A DNA stretch of 64,000 nucleotides from positions 186,001 to 250,000 of the forward strand of contig RHPI01002262.1 in the NCBI GenBank assembly GCA_009103225.1. Direction: 5' to 3'. The notes under the pieces were generated by a model that was not told the origin of the DNA, ran no database searches, and worked only from the letters and a program-made list of their open reading frames with translations. Positions 37,927-53,216 of the stretch are shown piece by piece. The stretch's first letter is position 1. Every line of letters starts with the position of its first letter. A program made the position numbers and the translations under genes. Origin of the DNA: Chlorokybus atmophyticus. Taxonomy: Eukaryota; Plantae; Mesostigma and Chlorokybus algae.

Positions 37927-39712
37927 ATGGAGTGCGGCAGCGCTGCTTCCACTGCTGGGGTAGCGACTCTCTCTTCGGCTATGCCCACGGCGCAGCTGGG
38001 GGCAAGGGCGGTGGCTGTTGCGGCAGCTGCACTTGCGGCAAGAAAGGTTTCTACCGCTAGGATGGCGCCGAACACGCTGACGAGGGTTGCCACCTCCGGC
38101 TGGACAGCTGCTGGAAGGGAGGCTCAGTGGAGGTGTTCTGCTGCCCCTGCGTCGGCTGCTTCCATTTCACCGTCAGATCGGTCTGTTGTATTCGCTCCTG
38201 GCGCTGATCATGACGGACTGGTCGTCATCCGTGTTGAAGGTACGCATACGGAGGACACCTGCTCGTAGGGTAGAGTGCCCCCCCCTGCTTGCATGCGAGT
38301 GTAGAGTGAGCAAGCAGTGCAGTTGTCGCAGACTCAAAGTAAGTCATTGCTGATTGCTTGCTTGCTTGTTTGTAGCAGATACCGCTGACGGGGGCACTAT
38401 GTTGGTGTTTGGCACTGAAGACGGTGCGGTTGTGGCAAAGAAGAATGTACCAGCTGCAGTCGACCTGGCGGCTGCTGCCCCGGAGCCAGCTGTCCAGAGC
38501 CCTGAGGCTGATGGGGGCTCACCTCCCGACGAGACTCCTTCTGCGCCCAATTGCACCGACGAGTTGGAGCCCAGATCCGACTCTGAAATGCTCCCTGTAT
38601 CGCTAGCAGCTGAGGCTGAGGTGTCTGCAATTGAGAATACTGAGGGCACCGGAGCAGTTGCCATGGAGGATAGTGAGGTGGAGCCTATGGATGCAGAGAA
38701 CACTGAGAGGCGATGGATCTTTGCCAAGGAAGTTGAGATCCATGAGGCCATGGAGGAGGCCAAGTCGGTAGTGAATGAGATGGCAGAAGGCAAGCGCTTG
38801 TCTGATGACAAGCGGGGTCGGGATGGGACGGGTATGCAGCTGTACAGCGCAGCTTCCATGCTTCCGCACCCAGCCAAGGCCAGACGAGGAGGAGAAGATG
38901 CCTATTTCATCGCTGATGATGGGGTCGCAATTGGCGTTGCTGATGGTGTGGGAGGCTGGGCCGAGCGGGGAATTGATGCAGGGTTGTATGCGCGCGAGCT
39001 CATGGTCAATGCTGAGGTAGGCTTTTTTTCGCTGACATCAAATTTGTTCAGGTATGATGGATGCCATGTACAGGTGGTTGTTGTGTGTTTGTCCTCATGT
39101 TCTGACCATCTTATCGTTCTACAGGAGGCTATGCAGCAGTGTGGACATGATGTATCAGCAGCTCTGGTGCAAGCACATAGGCAGACAAGGGCAGTTGGTT
39201 CGTCCACAGCTTGCTTGATCACCTTGCAAGATGGCGAGTTGAAGGCAGCCAATCTGGGAGATAGCGGGTTCCTGGTCGTGCGGAATGGTACAGTTATCTT
39301 CCGCACTCCCGCCCAGCAGCACGCATTTAACTTCCCCTATCAGATTGGCAGCCATGAGGGAGATCGGCCAGAGGTGGCAGATCTGTACAGTGTCAAAGTT
39401 GAGGCCGGTGATGTGGTTGTGGCTGGCACGGACGGTTTGTTTGACAATGTGTTCGATGAGGAGATTAGGTCCATCATTGGGGATGCTAGCCGCTCAGGCG
39501 CGCGTCCAGATGCTGCAGCCCAGCGCATTGCGGCACTCGCACGGGTTCATGCAGCCGACCGTCAGTTTATGTCACCCTTCGCTGAGCAGGCAGTGCAAGC
39601 AGGCTACCAGTTCAGCGGTGGCAAGATGGACGACATCACCGTGGTCGTGGCATATGTGGAGCACAAGGCTGTAGTTTCTGCAGATGAAGTGAAGCGAGAG
39701 GATACCATCTGA
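37927..39712 (+). CDS. PTC7-type (clade K) protein phosphatase 2C with transit peptide and acidic N-terminal extension; exons 37927-38239, 38379-39016, 39125-39712
   Basis: MLPHPAKARRGGEDAYFI, GVADGVGGW, GSSTAC, ANLGDSGF, QQHAFNFPYQIG, GTDGLFDN, GGKMDDITVVV. All metal-binding Asp residues are present. The start codon could be further upstream. Confidence 0.95.
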
Positions 39713-40380
39713 AGAGGTCTACAGCATGCATTAAGCACTTTGCACAGTTGCACTTGGTTGTGCGACCAGGGGCCCCTTCTGGTTGTACATAGTTTGATAC
39801 CGGGAACATGGGCATTGCACACAGCGCCAGTCAGCCTGTGTGAAGTTGTGTAGTGAGGAGCTTGCTCCATGGCAATCTCTGCCTATTGAACTAGTGGTGC
39901 AGATTTATTCAATTTTGCAGTGTACATCTCAGTGTAGGTAGATTGCCACAAAAGTGTACAGTGTGTAGATGAAATGAAACAGTTCTTTGCAGTTGTCACT
40001 CTTATTGTTCTGGCTCTGTCTTTTTGTCGTGCAGTACACATGATGTTTCTTGAAGGTTTTCACAATCGTGGCTCTGTTCACTGTCTGCTTGCTGCCGCGC
40101 TCTCTCCAAACTGTTCCAATTTGTAGAGGCTCCTTAATATGTTGCCAACTAGAGTATGTAGTAAATATAGTAGTGCATGAAGGGTAAATTGAGTGTATGC
40201 AGGATATTGCACAAACTCACAGCATCACACAAAACATGCAACACTAGCCACTCACCGTACTATCAAGTTATTCACAGTTACCAGTGGTCTGTTCACCATT
40301 ACTTATCTATCTTCACTACTAGCCCAACGCCGTTATAAATGCAGGCATGCATACTCATGCCATTACATGCTGTTGCTTTC

Positions 40381-40517
40381 GAAATCGCTATTGCTTGCAT
40401 ACATTAATCGCGAGGCTTTAACCAAATGCGTTTTCACACCATACAACGAAATCGCTATTGTTTGCATACATTAATTGCGAGGCTTTAACCAAATGCGTTT
40501 TCACACCATACAACGAA
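40381..40517. repeat. 67-bp direct tandem duplication
   Basis: 40381-40447 and 40448-40514 differ at 2 positions. Confidence 0.95.
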
Positions 40518-41903
40518 TAGTTAGCCACACGCACCTGCATGTACGACCACCAATCTAACTCTACCTTTTACTCTCCCCCTATGCTTGCACACCCTATATG
40601 GTCGGGCGTAAGGGCATGTACTGTAAATGACACTGACAATATGTAATCTTTCTACAATGAAAGGCAAGAGCGTCCATGCACACTATGCCACGCTCAGCAC
40701 GTTATGCAGTAACTCATGTGCCTGCACGTTTGCACTGTGCAAGTTGCATTGCAGCCATGTATTCTTAGTGCACAATTCAAACGTGACTGATGATTGTTGT
40801 ATGGATCAGGTTAAAGCCTTGTGCTTGGACTATTAGCCTCCCAACACTTCACTGGCAACATGTTGTGTTACACCTTGTGTACACCCAAAGACAAAAGTAA
40901 ATACAGTAGCAGGGCTTTTGGCATGACCGACTGACTGACTGACTGGGCTTGAACAGCGTTAACTACATAGAGGCTGACATATCTACATAGCATGCAACTT
41001 AAGCTATGGCTGTGGCTGGAGTAGGGTGAGCCTAATGGTGGGCAGGGCCAGATCAGTCTTAGGCAAGCAACGACCAGCGAGTCGCAGTGCACTGTGGCTC
41101 TTCACCAGCACGCTTTGCAAATGAGAGAGCTGCCACAAGAGCGCCTCCAGCCATGTGTGCAGCTCCACATTGACTACCACCAACCTCCTCCCGCGCTACT
41201 ACCTCCATTATGGACACGTACGTGTTGGCTGTCAGTGCTGCACCATGCCTATCCGCACACATCACATACATCACTGACAACCTTAGATAAACACCCACAC
41301 GCGCACGCCACCACGCTACGCGAGCACCGTGTCCGCCTCGGTTGTTGGAGGGCCTTGGGCCACCAGGCTCCATCCTGGCACTGCTGCTACACTTTTCTTT
41401 TGCTACAGCCGCCGCTCCGCGCTCCAAGACCGCCATCGCATGTGCCCGCTGCAAGGCGCATGCCATACGCCACCGGCAGATGCGGATGAAGCCCTCCCAT
41501 AACTACCTTGTCAGATGCGGGGGTGCTCTTGGCGTGAGGCCAACGCAGCTGATGCATACTGTGTGCATAGAGTGACGTGCATGAGTGTTGTTGATGTAAA
41601 GTTGTTGATGTGGCGTGCTGGTTTAGCATAATGGCCTTGCTATTGCTACAATATTACTTTACACTTGTGTCATTTCATACACAAAGGCAGAGCGGCTCCT
41701 CACCTGCACCAGAAAACTCAGTGCATGCGTAGAAGTCACGCACTGAGTTTTGCCACAGTTCTGCACGTGTTTTTAGACAGATCAGCTGACAAAGTGGCTG
41801 GCATCAGCAGGCCACTGTTGGCAGCTGAACTAGCAACTGCCTACACCTACTGAGTCTGCCCCACTCAAGCTTAACTATTTGAGCAGTAGTCAATTAGCTA
41901 AAC

Positions 41904-44296
41904 TCAGGCCTTAGCAGCAAACCCCTTTGCAGCTGTCTTGGCAGTTGACGCCTTTGCCGCCTTCTTCCCACTTTTCTTGGTAGGCGAACCTGCACGTGGT
42001 GTCTTCTCAACCTTTTGAGCCTGTGCGGCTGAGGCCTCAGCGGAAACTGCAGCTAAAGTGGAAGCCGGGGCTGGAGTGGAAGCCAATGCGGGGGCTGGAG
42101 CTGATGCTGGAGCAGCAGCAGGAGTGGATGCGGAGTTTGCTTCCAGAGCTTGCTTCGGGAGCGCAGAAGCTGCAGCGCGAGCGGGTTTGGAAGCAGGAGC
42201 TGGAGTAGAAGCCAATGCGGGAGCCGAAGCTGCAGGAGCGGGTACGGGTGCAGGAGTTGCTTCTGGAGCTGCAGCAGGAGCCGATGCTGCAGCTGCAGCA
42301 GGAGCGGGTTTGGAGGCGGGAGCTGGAGCTGCAATGGAAGCGGGTTCAGTAGCGGCAGCAGCAGAGGGTGCAGGAGTTGCTTTGGCAGCTGCAGCTGGAG
42401 ATGGTGGAGCCGGAGCCGAAGCCGGAGCCGATGCTGAAGCTGCAGCGGGAGCGGGTTTGGTAGCGGCAGCGGGTGCGGGAGTTGTTTTAGGAGATGCAGC
42501 TGGAGCGGAAGCTGGAGATGGAGCTGATGCCAAAGCTGAAGCAGCAGCCGGAGCCGATGGTGCAGCTGCAGCGGGAGTGGGTTTGGAAGCAGGAGACGGA
42601 GTGGAAGCCAATGCGGGAGCTGATGCCGGAGCTGCAGCGGAAGCGGGTACTGCAGTTGCATCGGGAGCTGCAGGTGGAGATGGTGGAGCCGAAGCCGAAG
42701 TAGCAGCTTCAGCAGGAGTGGGAGCGGGTTTGGAAGCGGGAGCCGGAGCTGATGCTGGAGCGGCAGCAGTAGCGGGAGCTGCTTTGGGAGCTGCAGCTGG
42801 AGATGGCGCGGCGGGAGCTGAAGTGGACGACGTAGTGGGGACGGGTTTGGAAGTAGCAGCGGCGGGTGCTGGAGTTGCTTTTGGAGCTGCAGCTGGAGTG
42901 GAAGTTGGAGCAGGAGCCGAAGCTGAAACAGGAGCTGGTGCTGAAGTTGGGGCTGCAGCTGCAACTGGAGCTGGGGATTCATCTGATGGCGCTGATTGCT
43001 TAGTTTTAGCCTTTGATGATGGTGGCTTTGCAACAGCAGCAGCAGCTGCTTCTTCCTTCACCGCCTTCTCGGCCTTGGTCGCACGTGATGGTGCTGATTG
43101 CTTAGCTGTAGCCTTTGGTGATGGTGGCTTTGCAGCAGCTGCTTCTTCCTTCACTGCCCTTTTCCCCTTGGCCGCAGCGGCCTCCTGTGCAGTCGAAGCT
43201 GGAGCGGATGGTGGACTCACTTCGGGAGCTTGCTTTGGTAGCGCCGAAGCCGGAGCTGATGCTGCAGCTGCAGCTGCAGCGGGAGCAGGTTTGGAAGCAG
43301 GAGTCGGAGCTGCAGCGGGAGCGGGTACTGGAGTTTTGGGAGCTGCAGCTGGAGACGATGGAGCTGAAGCCGAAACAGCAGCTGCAGCGGGGGCGGGAGC
43401 GGGAGCGGGTTTGGAAGCGGGAGCCGGAGCTGATGCTGGAGCTGCAGCCGGAGCGGGTTTGGTAGCGGCAGCGGGTGCGGGAGTTGCTTTGGCACCTGCA
43501 GCTGGAGTTGGTGGAGCCGGAGCCGAAGCCGGAGCTGATGCCGGAGCTGCAGCGGGAGCGGAAGTGGAGGCCGCAGCGGGAGCGGGTTTGGCAGCGGCAG
43601 CGGGTGCGGGAGTTGCTACGGGAGCTGCAGCTGGAGTGGAAGCTGGAGCAGGAGCTGGAGTTGAAGTGGGGGCTAACGCTCCAACTGGAGCTGGGGCCTC
43701 ATCTGATGGCGCTGATTGCTTGGTTTTCTTCTCAGCCTTTGATGATGGTGGCTTTGCAGCAGCAGCAACTGCTTCGTCCTTGTCCGCCCTCTCGGGCTTG
43801 GCCGCTTGCGATGGTGCCGACTTCTTGGTTTCAGCCTTTGATGATGGTGGCTTGGCAGCCGCCTCTTCCTTCGCCGCCCTCTCCGCCTTGGCCGCAGCGG
43901 CCTCCTGTGCAGACCCGAACTTGAACACCTTCGTGCCATCCGCCATGTCTGGGACCACACAGATCAGACACATGACGACAAGCATGCATGCATGCACACA
44001 CACGCACGCGTGCATATAACCTCGCATGACTTCAACAGGCGAAACACACAACTAGCAGGCATATGCACTGGCTCACCTGTCACGCTCACAATCTCAAGCT
44101 TTTCCTCTCCATTCCCACCCTTGCCTGCCACAGTAACAACAGCAGGCCGTCGCAGGGCCCTCAAAGGCCTTTTTGGGTGAGAATGCCTCAGAGGTGAAGG
44201 GCGCTGCACTGATGATAGTGATGATGATGAAGTTGATGTGGACGGCCGCAACCGCAACATGACGCAGGAGCTGATTGGCGACACTCGCATTGCCAT
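41904..44296 (-). CDS. Plastid-targeted-like Ala/Pro/Ser/Lys-rich intrinsically disordered protein (~750 aa); exons 44296-44077, 43948-41904
   Basis: Ser/Arg-rich transit-like N-terminus (MAMRVSPISSCVMLRLRPSTSTSSSS). A phase-1 GT-AG intron joins it to a >2 kb open frame of PAPAA/KPAPAA repeats ending KKSGKKAAKASTAKTAAKGFAAKA. Confidence 0.8.
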
Positions 44297-44647
44297 GGTG
44301 ATGGTTGGCAAGGTCTTGTCTGCACGTGAATGCCCTGTTGGTGAAGTGGATTGGCATGAGAGTTCAACTGAGGTTGGGCACAGCATGCATTGGAAGTTTG
44401 ACGCCTTGTTGTTCACGTTCACGCAACACGTTACGTGCGTGCAGTGTATTGCGTGATAATCAAGGACTCACTGGCACAATGCACGAATGTCATGTGCCCC
44501 AGCTAACTAGGGTAGATGAAGACAGAAGACATACCGTCATTCGACAACACGCCACGCCCACAACAACGCACCAGGCCACACCAAACCAGGGCAGGTCAAG
44601 CCAGGCCACAACCATGCACATGCCTGCCCCCTCCCCCCCCCCCCCCC

Positions 44648-44757
44648 NNNNNNNNNNNNNNNNNNNNNNNNNNNNNNNNNNNNNNNNNNNNNNNNNNNNN
44701 NNNNNNNNNNNNNNNNNNNNNNNNNNNNNNNNNNNNNNNNNNNNNNNNNNNNNNNNN
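44648..44757. other. Assembly gap flanked by poly-C
   Basis: N run with C homopolymers on both sides. Confidence 1.
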
Positions 44758-46584
44758 CCCCCCCCCCCCCCCCCCCCCCCCCCTTTCCCCCTTCTTCCTT
44801 CCTTCCTTCCTTTTTGTTCTCTCTCCATCAAAACACGCAACGCAAATTATTTGAAGATTAGGGCGCCACCAACCTTGTCCCTGCTGCTGCTGCGGCGGCG
44901 GCGACGGCGGCGGCGGCGGCGGCGACGCGTGGCCTGGTGCAGTCTCACGCCGCCAATGTACAGCCGCTAGCCGCCCGCAGAGAATTTGGCTCAAAGGCTG
45001 ATTTGCAGCTTTTGTCCTTTGCAGCGAGTGGATCAGGTTGAGAGGAGGGAGTCTGACAGTGAATTCCGGTGGCAGCGTTTTTCCCGTCCTATGCGGGAAA
45101 AACGTGGGGCTCCTGATCAATAACATCACGGGATTTCGATCGGGATGCAGTGAGTGAGTTCTCTTGAACCCGATCCGCGCACGACTAAGTGCCCCTATGG
45201 CTTGATAGTGTAGGTATAAGCCAAATCTAACATCATGGCAAACCAGCATGGGGTAATCGTTGGATCTCAAGGTATCATCAAGCTGAAGTACACGTATAAT
45301 TTGGCACGCAGTTGCGCAACGCAATATTGCAGATTATTCTTTGAGGCCAAGAGTTTTGCGTCATCCGTTATTGAGTGCGAGTATACAAATGATTAACACA
45401 TAATTATCTATGAAAACCTTCAAATCATCAAACTTGTAACACTTTATATGCTTGTATAGCGTATATCAACATCTTTTTGCAAGTTGCGAGCTTTGTCAGG
45501 TATCGCAGTGGCTCATGATGCATTAGCTACCAGAACTGTTCACGTACAAAAACATAAAATATGTTGTGATAAATCAGCAAGTATGGGCGTTATCAACTTC
45601 GTTAAGTTTTATGTCAATGAATTACTTAATGTAACGTATAGGCAAGATCATTATGTATGTATATGATATACCAAGGTGTTGAGAAAGATGTGCTCTCAAT
45701 GATGTGAGTCACCTTATATGACAATCTAACTAGATGCAAATGCAAGAAGGTAAAAATTTGTACAAAAAAATGTGACGTATGAAATTTTTGAATGATGGTG
45801 TCCCCCGCAACAAGAGAGTAGTACACCTTCTCAACCATATACCAAAACTACTTCTTAGCTGGTGGAATGAAGTTATAATACGCTTCCGACCTCATCATGC
45901 ATGTCTGGACCCCGAGGTCATTATACGCATGAGCACAAGCTAAGCTTGGTATATTAAAGATCGTATACTATACCATACCATACCATACCATACAACATAT
46001 AATCAACCTTGTTAATATGTGTAACTCGCATAGTAATTGTCAAAAAGCACATGTGTAGGCAGACAACTACATCTACAATTACACTATCAGCAAGATGGGC
46101 TTGGTGGTTCCGCATCGCACCATTTGACACTGCGAATTGTTGCAAGAGGCCAATCACCAACTTGAAAGTGCCGTTGCTATAACGACGATGCATTTCGTTG
46201 ATCTTTGGGTGCATTTTTATGCAAGTAGCATACAGAATATCTCATTGATTAGCACATCATGACGTGTATGCCTTGTGCCTCACACCACTATCATTGCGCA
46301 GTTATATTATAAGCAGTGATTTCCTTGTCTACTTCTACCTGGCGCCTGTCAATTTGCTGTTTGTTCGCTGGCTGTGCACGACTGCAGGTGCCGTATGCCA
46401 AACACATGCCATAGCCGATGATGGTTCACGAAGTCGCATAATGTGTGTTGGGCAGACACTAATACGCTTGCCAATACCATGCAGCTCATCTGCACTCCAA
46501 CAGCTCACCTCCTCTCCACTCACCCAGACACATGTGACATGCACACGCACAGAACCTCACAACAAACCCACCCTTCAATCACAG

Positions 46585-49664
<3,080 letters not shown>

Positions 49665-50440
49665 CCCCACCGCCGCCGCCGCCGCCGCAGCTCAGTCAAT
49701 GCAAACCGCAGCAACACAAAACCCCTAACCGTGACTGAGCTCGTAACCAGCACTACCTTTGATATCTGGACTTCTCGACATCTCAACCATAACGGATATA
49801 TCAGTGACTAAATCTTCCAGTTACGCCGGTTTTCCCTCGGCGGCGGCGGTTGTCAGCAGTTACGACCGTATCCGCAACGCGCCACGCGCGTGCGTTTATG
49901 CCCGGTTTACGTTGACTATGGCAGCCTACTGGCTGCGCAGCTACCCCCCTAGGGCTTCAAGCACATGCAACATCATTAGCACTGCCAATGTTAATGCCAT
50001 TAACTTAATGGCATCCGCCTAGCAGTCAGTTATGACAACATGTTAGTAGACTTAGGGTTTGAGGCGAGGTGGGTCGGACGCCAACACAGTTGGAAATCAA
50101 GAAATCAAAATAAGCAAAAGGCTTGTCATAGTCCAGGGCGTTGTCGGCAGGGGCGTTGAGGGCGGCGTGGGCGGCGTGGGCGTTATCCGCCTGGCTGTGA
50201 GCTCGGGGCTTCTCCCTTGCACCGATATTGTTCAAATCTTTGCTCGTCTTCTGCGGCTTTCCATTTACCAGCAGTTGGATCAGCTCAATTGGCCTTGTGC
50301 TCTCCTCCTTGTGCTTGTGGCTGTCCTCGGCCTTGTGCTTGTGCGTGTCCTTGTCGTTGCACTTCCCCTCGTAACAGTCGTCTGCGTAGATAGCTCGAGC
50401 TTAGCTTAGCTTTGACCTAGCTCAGTTCTCCACCGCCGCC

Positions 50441-53216
50441 ATGCCGGAGGAGGGAGCTGTGGCGTCCGGGGCGGCGGGGGAGTCGCCGTCGTCGCCGTCG
50501 TCGTCGTCGTCAATGCCTTCGTCGGCGGTGTCGGCGGGAGGCGTCGTCGAAGGGGCCGGCAGGCCCAAGAAAGAGATGCTGGTGTTTTCGCAGGCGTCAT
50601 CCAGCGGGGAGAAAGGCGACACTTTGATGCAGCTCAAACCGCCTGGTACTTGCAAATGTTGACAGCTGACTTACTGAGGTTACCACTATTCTTACTACCA
50701 CTATTCAACTTAACATTCTATGCTCCCATTCCGATTCTTGCAAACACATCCAGTCATTCTAGATCTGTTTTACCAGTATTGTGTTTGGTATTCGTTTGTT
50801 GAATCGTCATTGTGTATTTGAGTCAGGCAATGGCGCAATTGTGTACTACACAGCTGACAGCTGTGTGGTGGCACAACTGTGCCATTGCCTGTGAAGTACC
50901 ACTTGATGGCTACACCTGGTGTGCCAATGCTGTTGACATCATGACTGCAGTGCAGTGCAATGCAATGTGCTTACGAACGTGTAGTGTACTTAGCTTGCAC
51001 TTGTCTACTTGACATGTTGCAACAATGCAATCGCTTGTCATGACTACTTAGAAGCATCCCAAGGGAGCATGTGCAGCTGCACAGCCATATTCGTAAGGTT
51101 GCAACACATGCCGCACGCGCACTCACGCCGGCACACACATACACGTGCACGAAAGGGCAGGTGCAATGTTGCATCAATGTTGCACCATTCCGGTGTGTGC
51201 ACATATGCGTACGTGCTAGTGGGGGGCTCGTATGTGTGATGCGAGCGCGTGCATTACTTTGTAGATGTGCGGGTGGAGTGATGGACTTCTCTCTTCTCTG
51301 TAGGCATGCTGCGCATACAGGCGCACGAGGGCCCTGCCGGCTCGAGCGGCCTCACTCGCCAGCGCACACTCACTTTCGTTGAGGGGCCGGATTCCCCCGA
51401 CCCCCGCGCACGCCAGGTACAACGCTGACATGTGTGATGCATATGTAGTTGTACTCACTAACTGGCCCAGTGTCACTAACAATAACAACCACAACAGGCG
51501 TTGAATGATCTGCTGAGGCGTTCACCGCTGGGCCTCTGCATCATTGACATGCTGTCGTCCGAGCAGCAGATCATATTTGTCAACCAGGTGTTTGTCGACT
51601 GGTCAGGCTACTCCGAAGAAGCTGTCTTCGGACAAACACTGTAAGATTTGTCATACACTTCTGGTTGACTGCGCTTCAGCTACCAGTCCATTGCTCCAAC
51701 CTCCGCTAGATCATTCTTGCACTCATTCCCTCACTGTTTGTTTTGTGCTTTCATTTAGAATTTGGTTTGTTCACTTGTTTTTGTAGACCCAGTCACGCAT
51801 GTATTCATTAGTGACTGCAAGCAGCCATCAATCATACAGTTGGTCCTCCATTTATTGCTTGCATAACTCATTTATGTGTTCTTGGTCTTTTGCTTGACAT
51901 TGGCATATTGTACCCTGTTGCTCAACACAACACCCTCAGGGACTTTTTGTTGGGGGAGGGGACGGATGCAGTGGTGGCAAGGAATGTGCACGAGGCAATA
52001 GCATCAGGGGAGGAGTTTCGCGGGATGGTGAGGACGAGGCGGCGTGCAGGTGTCATAAACAATAACAATGGCACCACGGAGCTGTACAACACGATGCTCT
52101 TGAGCCCCGTGTGGGGCCGCAGCGGCAAAGTCAGCCACTACGCCGTCATCCAGGACTTCAGCCTGCTCCCGCCCGTCACTACACCCGGAGAACCCAGGTA
52201 CGTTGGGACTGCATGTCACTCACAACGCGTAACAACATACCTGGTATGTGTCAATGTTGTTACTATGAGGGACATTTTGTTCACTCTGCTATGGTTGGTC
52301 AATGGTTTACCGCTCAATACGCATACACTGCTACGACACTAGCAGTCAGTCAATTGACTGCTCCAACTTCAGCATGGTAGCACTGTGTACAATATCTTGG
52401 TTGTACTGTGTGTTGCTGGCATACCTCACTTTCCATACTATGTTGGGCACTCTTTTTGGCCATGCCGCTATCCCAGTGTTTCCTGCTCCTAAGCCGTCAA
52501 CCGCTGTGTGATCATGTCTGGTCTCCCAGCATGCAATGCTCAGTCTGTTGCAGCTGTTGGTGCACGAAACCAAGTGTCGTGTCACAGTTTTGTGAGGCAG
52601 CCTTCGGCAAGACGAGAGTCCCGCAGCACCATAAACACCCTCCTGAAGTGGATGCCGTTCCGCCGGCGCAAGTACGCCGTCGAGCCGTCCAACCTTGGCA
52701 GGTCCTCCCTTGGGCTGGACTCCTTGCGAGGCGACGCGCCCTCCAATGACGCAGGTAAGGTGGTAAATATTACATTACATTACCACCACACGTGGAAATC
52801 ACAGCGGGGTATCCTTGGTATTGTTGTGTCTGATGAGTGTCTGTGTGCCTTGTAGGGCAATCTGCTTTGGAGGTGCAGCGCAGCGCGCAGTCACTGACTA
52901 CCAGCACAGCAAGCAGGCGGGCCAGGTACTGTAAGGGGGTTGTCATCAGCAACGTGGTTGCGACTTTCAGGTTGCAAGGGTGCATTGGGTCCTGTTGTTG
53001 TGTTGCTGTGTTAATGCAAGTTGTTTCTGCAGGCGAGTGGGAGGCGTGTGCAATGTTGCACCTGATCACGACGTGTGGAGCGAGCTTGTGATATCGTCGC
53101 TTGGCCCAAAGTCAATTCCTTATTTAATTCACCTCGCCAACCAGGACGAGGGCCCAACGACCACGAATCACGCCGTGCCGATGCCAAACTCGCCTCGGCG
53201 TCAATCTGTTTGCTAA
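50441..53216 (+). CDS. Single PAS/LOV-like domain protein lacking the photoactive Cys; ~7 exons
   Basis: GCCGCCATG start. Spliced PAS region: LCIIDMLSSEQQIIFVNQVFVDWSGYSEEAVFGQTLDFLLGEGTD....VHEAIASGEEFRG...ELYNTMLLSPVWGRSGKVSHYAVIQD. No effector domain recognised downstream. Confidence 0.8.

Noticed and set aside
40381-40517. Repeats as a CRISPR array (also 35126-35260, 59425-59457)
   Set aside because: No repeat-spacer periodicity, no cas genes, and a eukaryotic context.
41059-41466. 135-aa minus-strand ORF downstream of the Ala/Pro gene
   Set aside because: No homology recognised. Could be 3' UTR or chance in GC-rich DNA.
42058-44019. 653-aa plus-strand Ala/Gly-rich ORF, and the 326-aa Leu/Gln/Pro frame at 42053-43033
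   Set aside because: Shadow frames of the GCN/CCN-rich repeat gene. Only the minus-strand frame has a transit-peptide exon and splice sites.
45100-45200. HPDRNP on the minus strand suggesting a DnaJ domain
   Set aside because: The flanking residues do not fit J-domain helices and there is no gene context. Likely chance.
50422-50655. Minus-strand acidic ORF
   Set aside because: Antisense shadow of exon 1 of the LOV-like gene, which has the better start context and splice donor.
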